From: an uncultured Actinomycetota bacterium
GTDB lineage: Bacteria; Actinomycetota; Actinomycetes; Propionibacteriales; Propionibacteriaceae
DNA length: 64,000 nt
NCBI GenBank assembly: GCA_963723475.1
Contig: CAVRQV010000015.1
Coordinates: forward strand, 102,263 to 166,262
Reading direction: 5' to 3'
Shown here one piece after another: positions 31,272 through 46,530 of this stretch. Made by a program: the position numbers and the translations under genes. Each line of letters begins with the position of its first letter. Within the stretch, counting starts at the first letter, position 1. The notes under the pieces are model-generated. The model ran no database searches. It was given only the letters and a program-made list of their open reading frames with translations, and was not told the origin of the DNA.

Positions 31272-32319
31272 ATGAAGTCAGAGCGCAATAGATACAGCAC
31301 CCCTCGTCGCGCCGGAGCCAGGGGCACGGCGGCCAGCTGGGACAGCCAACTGTGGCGGCCACGGTTCCAAGGTCTGCTGTTCACCCTTGCGGGATTTGCT
31401 CTGCTGCCAGCCCTGGCCGCGACGGTCATGCGAGTGCTGCCACCGGCCGACGAGCCAACCGTGCAGTTGGCGGCTTGCATCCCCTACGGGCTTGTCGGCT
31501 ATCTGCTGGCGCTGAGCTGTCTGCTGGTCGCGCTGGTGCGCGCCAGACGCCGTCTGGTCCCCGCCGTGATCATCGCGGCAGTGGCCATACCGACTGCCTT
31601 TCATCTGGCGTGGCTGGGGCCGTTGTTCGTCAATGATCATCGAGCGGCCGCCACTCCAGAATTCCGACTGATGATTCTGAACATGTCCCACAGCGAATCG
31701 GACACACGGGAGGTCGCTGAACGCGCAGCGCAGGCCGACCTCGTGATCTTGAGCCAGACCAGCCGGCCGCGCTCACAGCTTTGAAGTCATTCGGGTGGGA
31801 CCAGCGCTTTCCGTTCTCCTTGGGCGAGCCCAAGGACGGTTTTTCCGACACCGCGGTCTACTCCCGCTTCCCACTGAGCCGCAGCACACTCACCAGCGCC
31901 ACTAATTTTCAGCAATGGGTGACAACGGTCCGTGTCCCCGACGTCGGTCCCATCCGGCTGATGGCCGTCCATCCCTGCAACCCGTTTTGCGATGGTGATC
32001 GCTGGACCGCCGAGCATGACGCGCTGCGCAGAGTGGTAATCGACGAACTTGATCAGCCTTTGATCGTTGCCGGTGACTTCAATGCGGTCGAGGATCATGG
32101 GCCCATGCAGGTGCTGCACCGCCTCGGACTGAAGAGTGCTACCGACGTCGCTGGGGCTGGTTGGCTTCCGACCTACCCGCCAACCGTCAGATCCCGCCAT
32201 TGCTTCCTATCGACCATGTCTTGATCAACGAAGACCTGACGGCCAGCTCGGTGAGCAGCTTCGCTATCTCCCGCAGTGACCATCGGGGACTGCTGACCAC
32301 TCTCGCCGGCGTTCGGTAG
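31272..32319 (+). CDS. Endonuclease/exonuclease/phosphatase-family membrane protein (frameshifts near 31755 and 32180)
   Basis: N-terminal TM segments; AVYSRFPL, IVAGDFNA, IDHVL, SDHRGL motifs across frames. Confidence 0.82.
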
Positions 32320-32396
32320 GCAGCCCATACAGGGCCTTGTGGATACCGGCAAGCCGTGAGGGCCGAAGACAGCGGAGTTGGACGTGGCAGCCGCTG

Positions 32397-34910
32397 CTAA
32401 CGCACCACAATGCTGACCAGCTTGGGCGCGCGGATGATCACCTTGGCAACGTCGCGGCCGGCCAGGGCGCGGAGCACCGACTCGTCGGCCAGCGCGACGG
32501 AGCGTAGCTCGTCCTCGCCGATCTCCGGAGGCACCTGCAGCCGGCCACGTACCTTGCCCTGGATCTGAACAACACAGGTCACCGAGTCGGTTACCAGCAA
32601 GCTTTGATCAACGCTCGGCCAGCTGGCAGCGGCTACCGAAGGGGCGTGGCCCAGGCGTTCCCACATCTCTTCGGCAACGTACGGCGCCACCAGACTTAGG
32701 GCGATGGTCACCACCTCGGCGGCCTCGCGGACCGCGGGGTCAGCGGGACCGGCGGAACCGTCCATCGCCTTGCGGGTGGCGTTGACCAGCTCCATGATCC
32801 GAGCGATGGCCACATTGAAGCGCTGCCGCGCGATCGACTGCTCGATGTCGGCCAGTAGCCGGTGAGTCTCCCTGCGCAGCGTGAGATCGCCCGCGTTGGG
32901 CCGGACCCCCGGCACGCTGCTCACCTGGTCTGCCAACCGGTACGCACGCTGCAGGAACTTCAGCGACCCCGCGGGCGATACGTCGGCCCAGTCAATGTCC
33001 TCCTCGGGCGGTCCCGCGAAGACCACGGTCAGCCGTACCGCGTCGACCCCGAACGCGTCGATCTGGACTCCCAAGTCGACCCCGTTGCCCAGCGACTTGC
33101 TCATGGCCCTGCCCTGGTTGATCACCTGGCCCTGGTTCAGCAACCGCCGCATCGGCTCCTCGAAGTCGACCAGGCCCATGTCGTACAGCACCTTCGTGAA
33201 AAACCGCATGTACAGCAGGTGCAAAATGGCATGCTCCACACCGCCGACATATTGAGTTACCGGCATCCAGCGGCGCACGTCTTCTGGGTTGAACGGACCA
33301 TCCTCGTAGCCCGGCGAGCAGTAGCGGAAGAAGTACCACGATGAGTCGACGAAGGTATCCATGGTGTCGGAGTCACGCTTCGCGGGTCCCCCGCACTGCG
33401 GGCACGCGACGTTGACCCAGTCTGTGGCCGCGGCCAGCGGCGATGTTCCCTTCGGGGCGAGATCTGTGCCCGTCAGGTATGGCAGCTCAACAGGAAGCTG
33501 ATCATCGGGCACCGGCACCTCCCCACATCGGTCGCAGTGGATGATCGGTATCGGGCAACCCCAGTAACGCTGCCGGCTCAGCAGCCAATCCCGCAGCCGG
33601 AAGGTCACGGCGCCCTCACCGACCCCCTCAGCCTCCAGCCGTTCGGTGATCGCCCGAACTCCCGCCTCCTTGTCAGGCAAACCGTTCAGTGGACCGGAGT
33701 TGATGTACGTGCCATCACCCGGCGTCGCGATGCCCGACGTGGCTGGATCGGGCCCGCCGGTCGCAACCACCTCCCGCACGGGCAGGCCGAAGGCCAACGC
33801 AAAATCCAGGTCGCGCTGATCATGAGCCGGCACCGCCATGATCGCCCCGGTGCCGTATTCCGCCAGCACATAGTCGGCGGTATAGACCGGGATCTTTTCA
33901 CCGTTCACCGGATTGATCGCGTGCACGCCCAAGAAGACACCGGTCTTGGGACGCTCCGTGGACTGCCGCTCGATCTCGGTCTCGTGCTTGGTCTGCTCCA
34001 GATAGTTGTCAAACGCCGCACGTTGCTCGTGACTGACAACCTCGGCGGCCAGGGGCGCATCAGGTGCGATGACGAAGAAAGTCGCCCCGTACAAAGTGTC
34101 CGGCCGGGTGGTGAACACCCTCACGGGCTCGGCTCGATCCTCGATCATGAAATCGACGTAGGCGCCCTCGGAGCGGCCGATCCAGTTGCGCTGCATGGTC
34201 AAGACCCGTTCGGGCCACCCATCGACCAGATCATCCATGTCGTCCAGCAGCCGCTGGGCGTAGTCGGTGATCTTGAAGTACCACTGGGTCAGCAGTCGCT
34301 TGGTGACCACCGAGCCGCATCGCTCGCACAAGCCGGCGATCACCTGCTCATTGGCCAGCACCGTCTGGTCCTTGGGGCACCAATTGACATAGCTCGCCTT
34401 GCGGTAGGCCAGGCCGCGCTCCCGGAACCGCAAGAACAGCCACTGGGTCCACCGGTAATACTCCGGATCAGAGGTGTGCAACCGCCGCGACCAGTCGAAG
34501 CTCAGCCCGTAGCGCCGAAACGAGGTGGCCTGGGTCTCGATGTTTGCGTACGTCCATTCGGCCGGGTGCGCGTTGCGCTCGATGGCAGCGTTCTCGGCGG
34601 GCAGTCCGAAGGAGTCCCAACCGATGGGATGGAGTACGTCGTATCCCTTCAACTTCAGGAAGCGCGCGACGACATCGCCCATCACGAAGGCCTCGGCGTG
34701 GCCCATGTGCAAGTCGCCAGACGGATAGGGAAACATGTCCAGCACGTACCGGCGCTCGGCAGAACCGTCATCGGCTGGCTTAAAGGTGTCGTCAGCCTCC
34801 CAGAACGCCTGCCATCGCTGTTGGGCGGCGCGGGCGTCGTAGCCGCTCCGCTCCCGGCCCGCGGTGTCGGCTCGCTCGGCAGTATCGACCCGTTCGATCT
34901 GCTCGGTCAT
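32397..34910 (-). CDS. leuS: Leucine--tRNA ligase
   Basis: [52 protein letters not shown]. Confidence 0.98.
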   Translation of the reverse strand: MTEQIERVDTAERADTAGRERSGYDARAAQQRWQAFWEADDTFKPADDGSAERRYVLDMFPYPSGDLHMGHAEAFVMGDVVARFLKLKGYDVLHPIGWDSFGLPAENAAIERNAHPAEWTYANIETQATSFRRYGLSFDWSRRLHTSDPEYYRWTQWLFLRFRERGLAYRKASYVNWCPKDQTVLANEQVIAGLCERCGSVVTKRLLTQWYFKITDYAQRLLDDMDDLVDGWPERVLTMQRNWIGRSEGAYVDFMIEDRAEPVRVFTTRPDTLYGATFFVIAPDAPLAAEVVSHEQRAAFDNYLEQTKHETEIERQSTERPKTGVFLGVHAINPVNGEKIPVYTADYVLAEYGTGAIMAVPAHDQRDLDFALAFGLPVREVVATGGPDPATSGIATPGDGTYINSGPLNGLPDKEAGVRAITERLEAEGVGEGAVTFRLRDWLLSRQRYWGCPIPIIHCDRCGEVPVPDDQLPVELPYLTGTDLAPKGTSPLAAATDWVNVACPQCGGPAKRDSDTMDTFVDSSWYFFRYCSPGYEDGPFNPEDVRRWMPVTQYVGGVEHAILHLLYMRFFTKVLYDMGLVDFEEPMRRLLNQGQVINQGRAMSKSLGNGVDLGVQIDAFGVDAVRLTVVFAGPPEEDIDWADVSPAGSLKFLQRAYRLADQVSSVPGVRPNAGDLTLRRETHRLLADIEQSIARQRFNVAIARIMELVNATRKAMDGSAGPADPAVREAAEVVTIALSLVAPYVAEEMWERLGHAPSVAAASWPSVDQSLLVTDSVTCVVQIQGKVRGRLQVPPEIGEDELRSVALADESVLRALAGRDVAKVIIRAPKLVSIVVR

Positions 34911-34963
34911 GATGTCGTCTCGTCTCCCTTGGCTATGCGTTGCGTGCCCGCGCGCTGGACATG

Positions 34964-34995
34964 AAAAAACCCCTCGCCACGTTGGGCATGAGGGG
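34964..34995 (-). terminator. Intrinsic terminator in the leuS leader (attenuator)
   Basis: Minus strand CCCCTC...GAGGGG followed by TTTTTT, 54 nt upstream of the leuS start. Confidence 0.8.
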
Positions 34996-35021
34996 CTGCC
35001 GCGCGGGGGCTTCCTACGCGG

Positions 35022-35048
35022 CTAGGTAAGGAGGGCAACGCGTTGCAC
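35022..35048 (-). CDS. leuS leader peptide MQRVALLT
   Basis: GTG CAA CGC GTT GCC CTC CTT ACC TAG; tandem Leu codons; -10 TACCCT six nt upstream; terminator downstream. Confidence 0.75.
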   Translation of the reverse strand: MQRVALLT

Positions 35049-35156
35049 ACGGTCAGGGTAGCGCACGGGTTCCGAACAGCGACCTCGGTTTTGAATCAGC
35101 GCGACGGTGCGCACTCGTGCCGCCGCCCTCGGGGTACCGCGCGTTGAGCAGATCAC

Positions 35157-36561
35157 TCACGCCGAAATCCTGCCAGCGGTGAAGACGGCGCGGTCCGCCG
35201 CCCGCTGGCCGGCGGCCCAGCCCCGAGGATCGAAGTATCCGGCTCTGACCTCCCGGGTGAGGGGGAACAGGCGCTCGAACTCGGCGGTAACCGCGTCCTC
35301 TCGACGCCTTAGCAGCGGCACCAACTCGTTCCCGTAGGACTGGGTGGCGGCTGAAGTGGCCTCGGTCAACCGCTCGCCGATCCGTACCGCGTATGCCGCA
35401 AGGAAGGACCGACGGAACGTGGCCGAACGCTCGAATGAACCCGGCTGATCTGCTCCCGCTTCGGTCATGGCTCGAGTGGCTTGAATGAGCAGAGAGGTGA
35501 AAAGCATCTCAACCTGATCGATATCGAGTGGGACCCCGACAACGGTCGCGATCGCCAGTCGGTCGAAGTAGATCACCCTGCATCGGTTTGCTCTGGCGAC
35601 GGCATTCAGCAGGCTGGTCTTGGTGGTCGGCATAGGGGCTCTGCAGGTGAACTCGCCTAGCGACCACCGTGATAGCCGCGTCGCCTGCAGCAGTGAAAAG
35701 GGCCTCATCGATTGCGTGCCGCGTCATCAGGTCCTGTGCTTTTGCGGTGAAAGTCTCGGCCTCGGCTGCATGGTCGGTGGCCTCGGCCTTGGCCAGCAGC
35801 GCTCGAATCCGCTTGAGGACCCTGCCTCGCTCCGAGCCCAGGTCGAGGTGTCCGAGGTCGGTTACCTTGCCCCACTCCGATGGAGGGGGCGCTATCAGCT
35901 CCAGCCTGGGCAATTCGGAGATCAACCCGGTCACGGTGATGATGTCCACCCAGGCTTCGACCAGCCCTAGCCCGGACCTGCAGGTGGCGGCAGCCAGTAG
36001 CCAACTGGCTCGCTGACCGTTCGCCGCCGCCAGCTCTCCCGCCTCCTCGGCAACGACCCGCAACTGGTTGATCCAATCCTGTGGAGCACGGCCCATCGCA
36101 CACACCGCCTCGGCCTGATCGGTGATCACAGCTGCGATCAGCGGCGCCAGCCGCGGGCTTGACTTGTAGACGACATGAAGCAGGTCGAACGGCTGCCAGC
36201 CGTGCTCCCACAACGCCGAGACCACGTATCGAAGACGGGCCGTGGCTAACTCATCCAGCATGTGGAGGCCTTCGGCCTGGAGGCTGATCAGCTCCTGCTC
36301 GACAAGGTGAACAAGAGGCTCTGCCGACGCCCGAGCGCCGAGCAGCCGGCTAAGGCTTCGCTCGGCCCGCTCACGACGCAGTTGCTCGACGCTGGGCGCT
36401 GCGTCGGGACGAGTGAAGGGGTCGGTGGTTCCGCCGCTGGAAAAGGGCGGGCCAGCGTTGCGGCCGCCCCCGGCAGCCGGTCCTCCGGGACGCTGACGAC
36501 TTTGGTGCCGCTTGGCGGCACTGTGCTTGGCCGCCCGTCGCTGTCGATTGTTCCTCCCCAT
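35157..36561 (-). CDS. DUF2786-domain protein (frameshift near 35630)
   Basis: RIRALLAKAEATD..EAETFTAKAQDLMTRHAID; C-terminal ANRCR, FTSLLIQAT, FRRSFL.AYA.RIGERL. Confidence 0.85.
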
Positions 36562-36694
36562 GAACCAGCATCCTGGCGGCGGCCACCGACAGAACACGTC
36601 ATGCCACGCCGTCGATCACCGGGTGCAGCCGCGTCTGTTGTGACCAGAGAACCTATTGGGCCTCCCCTCCGCAGCTGCAGTTACCGTGTGGGGC

Positions 36695-37834
36695 GTGCGG
36701 GGACTCAGCCATGACCAACTTCGGCGGCGTACGCTCAGCAGGCAGTTCCCGGCCATCCCCGAGCGTGGTCCCGAGGCGGTCCTGGAGCTGTTCCGACGCC
36801 TGGGGCCAATCCAGTCCCAGGTGCCGCGAGCGCCATTCCTGACGATCTCCTCACGATTGCCCGGGGTCACTTACGACACCGTGCGCCGATTGTTTGAGTC
36901 GCATCAGCTCGTCAAGACCAGCAATATCCGCGGCACTGTTCACAGCAGCGTGCCGGAGCAGTTTGGCTGGCTCGACGCTGTAGCACGGCGTACGCGGGAA
37001 GTGCAGCTGCGCAATGTGCTGAAGCGGCAACAGGTCAGCCCGGAGGAGCTGGTGGCAGAGGTCGAAGCGTTCACATCCATGGACTGGCGGGCCCGCTCGG
37101 AGATTGTGGCGCACACGCGCGCTTGGCTAGCCGAACGCGGGACAGGCAACACCACCGACGGCCCAGATGCGCTCTCAGACAACCTGATCTGGGGTCACAG
37201 CGGGCTGCTGCGGCGCCCGCCCGACACCCGATGGGAGAAACGAACCGACATTTACCATCGGCGAGCGCGCAGCGTGCTGCCGGATTTGGCCGAGCCTGAC
37301 TTCAGGGAATCGCTGACAGAACTGGTCCGGATCCACCTCGGCTCGTACGGACCGGCACTCCGCGAAGACCTCGCGTTCTTCTTTGGCGCCGGCCTGGGTG
37401 CAGTGGACCAGGCCGTCCGCCATGTCGGCGATGAAATCGAGCATCTGCGCGGTCCGGATGGCGAGGACTATCTCGACCTCGCCGAGCCACCGCGGGGCGG
37501 CACACCTGATCCTGGCTTGCGGCTACTGCCTGAGTACGACGGCCTGCTCGTGGGCTATCAGGGTCGGCATCGCACCCGTTTCCTGACCGAGCAGCAGCTG
37601 CCAAAGGTGTGGGCCAAGGTGAACGGACTGTTCTCTCCGGTGGTGCTTTATGGCGGTCGACTCGTAGCGAGCTGGAAGACGATCACCAATGGCCGGCGCA
37701 CCGACATTGAGGTCACCAGGCTGGATCCACATCCCGTGCTCGCCGATGACCTGTTCAGCGACGCAATCGCAGCCACCGAACAGGTTCTCGACCTCAAGAT
37801 CACCGATCTGCGCCTCCGCTCCCCGCTACGCTGA
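36695..37834 (+). CDS. AlkZ-like (HTH_42) winged-helix DNA glycosylase family protein
   Basis: TLSRQ, IQSQ (QxQ motif), IRGTVH, YGPA, LRLLPEYDGLLVGY. Confidence 0.82.
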   Translation: MRGLSHDQLRRRTLSRQFPAIPERGPEAVLELFRRLGPIQSQVPRAPFLTISSRLPGVTYDTVRRLFESHQLVKTSNIRGTVHSSVPEQFGWLDAVARRTREVQLRNVLKRQQVSPEELVAEVEAFTSMDWRARSEIVAHTRAWLAERGTGNTTDGPDALSDNLIWGHSGLLRRPPDTRWEKRTDIYHRRARSVLPDLAEPDFRESLTELVRIHLGSYGPALREDLAFFFGAGLGAVDQAVRHVGDEIEHLRGPDGEDYLDLAEPPRGGTPDPGLRLLPEYDGLLVGYQGRHRTRFLTEQQLPKVWAKVNGLFSPVVLYGGRLVASWKTITNGRRTDIEVTRLDPHPVLADDLFSDAIAATEQVLDLKITDLRLRSPLR

Positions 37835-37857
37835 GGCGGGCGAGAGGAGTGCACGCG

Positions 37858-38844
37858 ATGACGTGGTTGGTGAGCGGCGGCGCCGGATACATCGGTTCCC
37901 ACGTGGTACGCGCATTCATCGCTGACGGCATCCCTGCCGTGGTCATCGATGATTTGTCCAGCGGGCACCGTAGCTTCGTCCGAGACGATGTTCCTTTTTA
38001 CGAGGGCAGCGTCCTGCAGCGGGAGCTTCTCGATCAGGTCTTCACCGAACACAAGATCAGCGGGGTGGTCCACCTCGCGGGCTTCAAGTACGCCGGCGTC
38101 TCGGTGAGTCGACCACTGCACACCTATACCCAGAACGTCACTTGCATGCTGGCCTTGCTGGGGTCGATGGCCGCCCACGATGTGTCCAACCTCGTGTTCT
38201 CCTCTAGCGCCGCGGTCTACGGCACGCCAACCACTGACCTGGTCAGCGAACAAGAGCCGACGCATCCAGAGTCCCCATACGGCGAATCCAAACTGATCGG
38301 CGAATGGCTGCTTCGCGACCAGGCCCGCGCTACTGCATCCGAACCGACGCCGCTGCGGCACACCTCGCTGCGATATTTCAACGTTGTCGGCTCGGGCGAT
38401 GACGATCTGCGGGATACCAGCCCGCACAACCTCTTCCCGGTGATCTTCGAGCGTCTTGTCGCTGGTGAGGTGCCCTACGTCAACGGGGAGGACTACCCCA
38501 CACCGGACGGCACCTGTGTCCGCGATTACGTTCATGTCACCGATTTGGCGATCTCTCATGTCGCCGCTGCTGAGGCGCTTGAGACGAACCAAACCCTGCG
38601 GCCGGTTTACAACTTGGGCAGCGGAAGCGGGCTGTCGGTGCGCGAGATCATGGACGCAGTCGCTCGAGTCACCGGCATCGAGTTCACACCGGAGATCCGC
38701 CCGCGACGCCCCGGAGACCCTGCGCGGATCGTAGCGACCGGCGACCTCGCCGCACGTGACCTTAACTGGAAGATGCGGCACTCGGTCGATGAAATGGTTG
38801 CCTCCGCCTGGGCCGCTCGGCAAGCCGCCGGACCGCGCAAGTGA
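37858..38844 (+). CDS. galE: UDP-glucose 4-epimerase
   Basis: GGAGYIGSH, FSSSAAVYG, PYGESK, LRYFNVVG, DGTCVRDYVHV, RRPGD. Confidence 0.93.
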   Translation: MTWLVSGGAGYIGSHVVRAFIADGIPAVVIDDLSSGHRSFVRDDVPFYEGSVLQRELLDQVFTEHKISGVVHLAGFKYAGVSVSRPLHTYTQNVTCMLALLGSMAAHDVSNLVFSSSAAVYGTPTTDLVSEQEPTHPESPYGESKLIGEWLLRDQARATASEPTPLRHTSLRYFNVVGSGDDDLRDTSPHNLFPVIFERLVAGEVPYVNGEDYPTPDGTCVRDYVHVTDLAISHVAAAEALETNQTLRPVYNLGSGSGLSVREIMDAVARVTGIEFTPEIRPRRPGDPARIVATGDLAARDLNWKMRHSVDEMVASAWAARQAAGPRK

Positions 38845-38894
38845 TCAACAACGCGACAGATCAGGACTGAGCCGCCAACAATCGAGTGCAGCTT

Positions 38895-38962
38895 GAAATA
38901 TGGCTGTCACATTTCGGCAGCAACTGTGACTCAGGTGTAACCGAACGCACGTTTGGTGCAAC
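38895..38962 (+). promoter_or_regulatory. Putative GlnR boxes upstream of amt-glnK-glnD
   Basis: GAAAT-n6-GTCAC-n6-GCAGC and GTGAC-n6-GTAAC, resembling GTnAC-n6-GAAAC; this operon is a canonical GlnR target. Confidence 0.55.
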
Positions 38963-39059
38963 ACAGGGCTAGCAGAGTTTGGCGTATCTTCGGGCGTCCC
39001 AGGATCCAGCCGCCCGATGCGTCCTATCCATTTCCAGTCCCGTCACCGAAAGAAGCAAC

Positions 39060-43092
<4,033 letters not shown>

Positions 43093-43116
43093 TTCCGGGC
43101 GCTCGCGCAATGTCTG

Positions 43117-43170
43117 ATTGCTCGCTCCGCTCGCGCGGATCGCGCTTATGAAGCCGCTGCCTTCCTCGCC
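43117..43170 (-). repeat. Dispersed REP-like repeat copy
   Basis: Reverse complement GGCGAGGAAGGCAGCGGCTTCATAAGCGCGATCCGCGCGAGCGGAGCGAGCAAT aligns with 46666-46719. Confidence 0.75.
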
Positions 43171-43218
43171 TCTAGACCCGTCGCGACCGCGCACGAAGCC
43201 GACTTGACCCTCGTTGGG

Positions 43219-44181
43219 TCAGGTTCGCTCTGCGATGAGGTCGTCCACCTCGGCAGATGTCGGCGGTTGTGCACCGCGCCGGGAGCACACGATGGATGCC
43301 GCCGCTGCTCCACGTTCCAAGGAGGCTTCGAGCCCGAGATGGAGCTTCACCCAGCCGTCCAGGAAGCCGGCCATGAAGGTGTCGCCCGCACCGACCGTGT
43401 CGACCACGGTCGTCGGGAAACCGGGCACTCGCGTTATGTTGGCGCCCGGCTCGATGGCCACCCCGCCTCCTGGCCCGAGCGTGATCACCGCGAGCCCCAA
43501 CCCGTATTGCTCGACCCAGGTGCCGGCGAGTTCGACTGGATCGCCGCCGCTCGGCTCGGCGCCGCTGGTCTCTGCCTTGGCAAGGAACTTGATGTCCTCA
43601 TCACTCGCCTTCACGATTCCCTGCCGCCGACCAACCACCCGCAGCCAGGGCTGCACCTTGGTCCAGTAGACGTCGGGATCGGTGATCACGGTGGGACGCA
43701 CGTTGATGTCGTAGGACACTCCCGCCTGGACGTCGCGCATCCAGTCGAGTAGCACCTCCGCGCCAGGGCTGACGATGCACGACAACGATGCAATGTGCAG
43801 CCAGTCGTCGCTGGACAACTCCGGCAGGTCGTCGATCTGCCAACCGAAGTTCGCTGTGTCGTTGAAGTGGAACGTATAACTTGCGACGCCCTGCTCATCC
43901 AAGCTCACAACCGCGATCGAGGTGGCCTGCGATGACTCGGTAGCAAGATCAAGTTTGACGTTCGCCTCGAGGATGTGCTGCCGCAGCTGACGACCGAAAG
44001 CATCTCTGGATAGGCGACCCAGAAAGTGCGTGTCTGCCCCAAGCTTGCCCAATGCCACCGCCGAATTCATCGGCCCTCCCGCCGACAGGGCGAGCCAGGT
44101 GGAGCTGAAGGAATTACTGCTGGCTCTGTCTGCCTGGACCAGGTCGATGAGGGTTTCACCGCACACAACGAAGCGCGTCAT
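43219..44181 (-). CDS. PfkB-family carbohydrate kinase (fructokinase-like)
   Basis: GETLIDL, GGPMNSA, DINVRP, VKASDED, VDTVGAGDTF. Confidence 0.92.
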   Translation of the reverse strand: MTRFVVCGETLIDLVQADRASSNSFSSTWLALSAGGPMNSAVALGKLGADTHFLGRLSRDAFGRQLRQHILEANVKLDLATESSQATSIAVVSLDEQGVASYTFHFNDTANFGWQIDDLPELSSDDWLHIASLSCIVSPGAEVLLDWMRDVQAGVSYDINVRPTVITDPDVYWTKVQPWLRVVGRRQGIVKASDEDIKFLAKAETSGAEPSGGDPVELAGTWVEQYGLGLAVITLGPGGGVAIEPGANITRVPGFPTTVVDTVGAGDTFMAGFLDGWVKLHLGLEASLERGAAAASIVCSRRGAQPPTSAEVDDLIAERT

Positions 44182-44240
44182 GGAGACAACTTAGTGGTTT
44201 CATCCGGTGCGGTGTGTCAGCTCAGCAGCCAGCTGAGGCG

Positions 44241-45269
44241 CTATCCGGCCAGCAACTCGAGCTCTGCGCGCAATTCGGCCTGTACCTCACCCCCCATCTG
44301 TTCCCAAAGGGATGGAGGCAGCGCTTGTGCGCTGATATCGCGAAGCAATTTGCCCATGGAGTAGCCCGGATCGACCTCTGCCAACCGCTCGCAGCAACAG
44401 TTCAGCAGGGCGCCAGCTCCGGAGGCCCATGCGGCCATACCCAGCAGGCACAGCGGTGCAGCGGCCAATGTCGGCGGCACCTGCGCCACCACGCCGCCCC
44501 ACAGCAGAAGATGCTTCTCGGCGTTGGCCAGACCTATCAACGCCCAAGCGAGATCTCGAATGTGGAGGTCGGTCACGAGCAGCCCTAGCAGCAGGCAGTT
44601 CCTCTCATCGAGGACAGCAGGGTCCGATATTGCCGCATCCACCAGGCTGGCCATAAGCCGCGCCGCACCGGGATCGTCGAGCTGCCCGAGCTCGATGAGG
44701 AGGGTCGTAGCCAGCCCCTGCAAGCGTGCCAATTCTCGCTGTGGCGGACCGCTGACGGACGCCTCGAGCTCCTGCCGGTTCGCGCGAGTGCCCATTCCGG
44801 CAAAGACGGCCGCGGCAGACAGTGGGTGGGAGCTGAGATCGAACGGCGTTCCGGTGAGCGGGCAGCAGTCCTCCGCACAGCTGAGTGACCACCACCGACC
44901 GTGTCCGACGTAGAGCACGTCGCTCAGCGCGTGGTCGCCTAAACGATCCATGAGCCGCGTCAGCAACCGATGAGCTGGAAGAGAGGCCGCGCTGTACGCG
45001 ACCAAGGCCAGGCTGTGTGCCCGATGCCGCTTGGCCAGGTAGTCGATCTGCTCGGCGAGCTCGTCGCCTGCCGACTCCGGTGGAAGATCCAGCCGGGCCG
45101 TCAACAGGATCCGATTGGACTTGATGAACACCGCGACGATGGACTCATCGGGGTGGAAACCCACGAGGTACGGGATGATGGCCAAAAGCTCGTCCGGCCG
45201 ACGGACCTTGAGCCTTCTCTGCGGCGCCTGGCGACGCCGCCGCCGTGCTGATTTCTTTGAAGCTGTCAT
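44241..45269 (-). CDS. DUF4192-domain protein
   Basis: ELLAIIPYLVGFHPDES, ARLDLP, RWWS..C.EDCCP..G, IRDLAW, AW..G.GAL, DPGYSM. Confidence 0.85.
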   Translation of the reverse strand: MTASKKSARRRRRQAPQRRLKVRRPDELLAIIPYLVGFHPDESIVAVFIKSNRILLTARLDLPPESAGDELAEQIDYLAKRHRAHSLALVAYSAASLPAHRLLTRLMDRLGDHALSDVLYVGHGRWWSLSCAEDCCPLTGTPFDLSSHPLSAAAVFAGMGTRANRQELEASVSGPPQRELARLQGLATTLLIELGQLDDPGAARLMASLVDAAISDPAVLDERNCLLLGLLVTDLHIRDLAWALIGLANAEKHLLLWGGVVAQVPPTLAAAPLCLLGMAAWASGAGALLNCCCERLAEVDPGYSMGKLLRDISAQALPPSLWEQMGGEVQAELRAELELLAG

Positions 45270-45275
45270 GTCGTC

Positions 45276-45357
45276 AGCTTGGGGATGAGCAACCGAATGC
45301 GTCGGCAGTCAGCAAATCTGTGGACAGCGATTGAGGGGTCGGCGTTCCTGTGGACAA
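45276..45357 (-). promoter_or_regulatory. DUF4192 promoter: -10 CAAGCT plus two DnaA-box-like motifs 30 bp apart
   Basis: -10 six nt before the ATG; + strand TGTGGACAG at 45319 and TGTGGACAA at 45349. Confidence 0.6.
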
Positions 45358-45413
45358 CCGGCTGCATCGGCGGGTCTCGGCAGCGGGACAATCCTGCGCT
45401 ACCGTGGTCGGAA

Positions 45414-46076
45414 ATGGACGAACCCAGCGGTTCAGAAAGTACCGGCATGGGACCGACGCCCAGCGGTCCGTCCTTCGTCCCCTGGGCGCCCGCCCCAGGT
45501 GACACGCCGCCCTTCGGTCCACCGCCACCGGCTCGAAGCGCTCGATCGATGGCAAAGCGCACATCCAGGCTTCCAACCCTGATCACGGTAACTGTGATCT
45601 TGGTCGTGGCAGTGGTTGTCACCGCGGCCAGTCTGGTCGCGCACTTTTCCGACACTCAGGTCAGCGCTCCGGTCAGCAGCAGGCGACCAATCCCTCAAAT
45701 CAGCGCTCAAGGCGATCGGATTGAGTTCACCACCAGCGAAGGAAGCGGCCAACTGATCTTGCTCAGACACGCGTGGCTGGCCAGCGGACAGGTGCCACCA
45801 ACCTCGGGTAGTTACCTCCAGGTCGAGGTGGAACTGACCTGCACGAGAGGCGCAGTCGACTATGACCCCTACAATTTCCAGGTCTTCGACCAAGCCGGCC
45901 AACTCTTCGAGACCGCGATTGAAGGCGCCGGGGATTCCATGTTGGAGACGGGCACCCTGCACCCTGGTGAGCGGGTTCGCGGCACCATTGCCTTCGACAT
46001 GCCCCACAGCGAGGCCACATTGCTCATGAGCGATGACTCCAACCAGACCGTCACCGCACTCAAGGTCCCTGACTGA
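45414..46076 (+). CDS. Membrane-anchored DUF4352-like Ig-fold protein
   Basis: Pro-rich N-terminus, one TM helix, YLQVEVEL...F.V.D..GQ...GTLHPGERVRGTIAFDMP. Confidence 0.65.
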   Translation: MDEPSGSESTGMGPTPSGPSFVPWAPAPGDTPPFGPPPPARSARSMAKRTSRLPTLITVTVILVVAVVVTAASLVAHFSDTQVSAPVSSRRPIPQISAQGDRIEFTTSEGSGQLILLRHAWLASGQVPPTSGSYLQVEVELTCTRGAVDYDPYNFQVFDQAGQLFETAIEGAGDSMLETGTLHPGERVRGTIAFDMPHSEATLLMSDDSNQTVTALKVPD

Positions 46077-46119
46077 CCTAGTGTGTGTCTCCCACCGCAC
46101 GCGAGAGGCCAAAACGGCC

Positions 46120-46530
46120 TCAGCGAAGCTCCTTGCGGATCACCAGCTTCAGGCCCGACCACACGTGGTCGATCGCACACACCTTGACATCGACTAGTGC
46201 GCTGCTGGGCAGCACGATCTCCCGGATGACGTCCTCGGTCATGTCCGTCTCGATCTTGCTGGCACGCTTGGGCCAGGCCACCCAGATCATGCCATCCGGC
46301 GCGATCGCAGTGGTCAACGCAGGGATGCGGGCGGCGAAATCCATCTGGCGGGTGACGAAGATCAACACCAGGTCGTGGTGCCTGCTCAGCCGGCGGACGG
46401 TCGCTACGCCATCTGGCAGGTCGCCGAGGATGGCATCCAGGTTGGCCGGTTCATTCAGCACCGCCATCGACATCCCCGGCTTGATGCCCAGCTTCTTGGG
46501 CAGTGGTGTTCCTGAGTAGCCGACTGTCAC
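46120..46530 (-). CDS. DUF3052-family protein
   Basis: GYSGTPLPKKLGIK, IWVAWPKRAS, LVDVKVCAID..WSGLK; GGAGG RBS. Confidence 0.85.
   Translation of the reverse strand: MTVGYSGTPLPKKLGIKPGMSMAVLNEPANLDAILGDLPDGVATVRRLSRHHDLVLIFVTRQMDFAARIPALTTAIAPDGMIWVAWPKRASKIETDMTEDVIREIVLPSSALVDVKVCAIDHVWSGLKLVIRKELR

Noticed and set aside
32338-32346. Third DnaA-box-like site (TGTGGATAC)
   Set aside because: Single copy between convergent gene ends, without the paired 30-bp architecture or a downstream start
33537-34964. Long antisense ORFs (e.g. 475 aa opposite leuS, 391 aa opposite galE)
   Set aside because: Typical high-GC shadow ORFs opposite well-supported genes
34911-35100. T-box riboswitch upstream of leuS
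   Set aside because: The leader is short and shows no T-box consensus; a leader peptide plus terminator explains it
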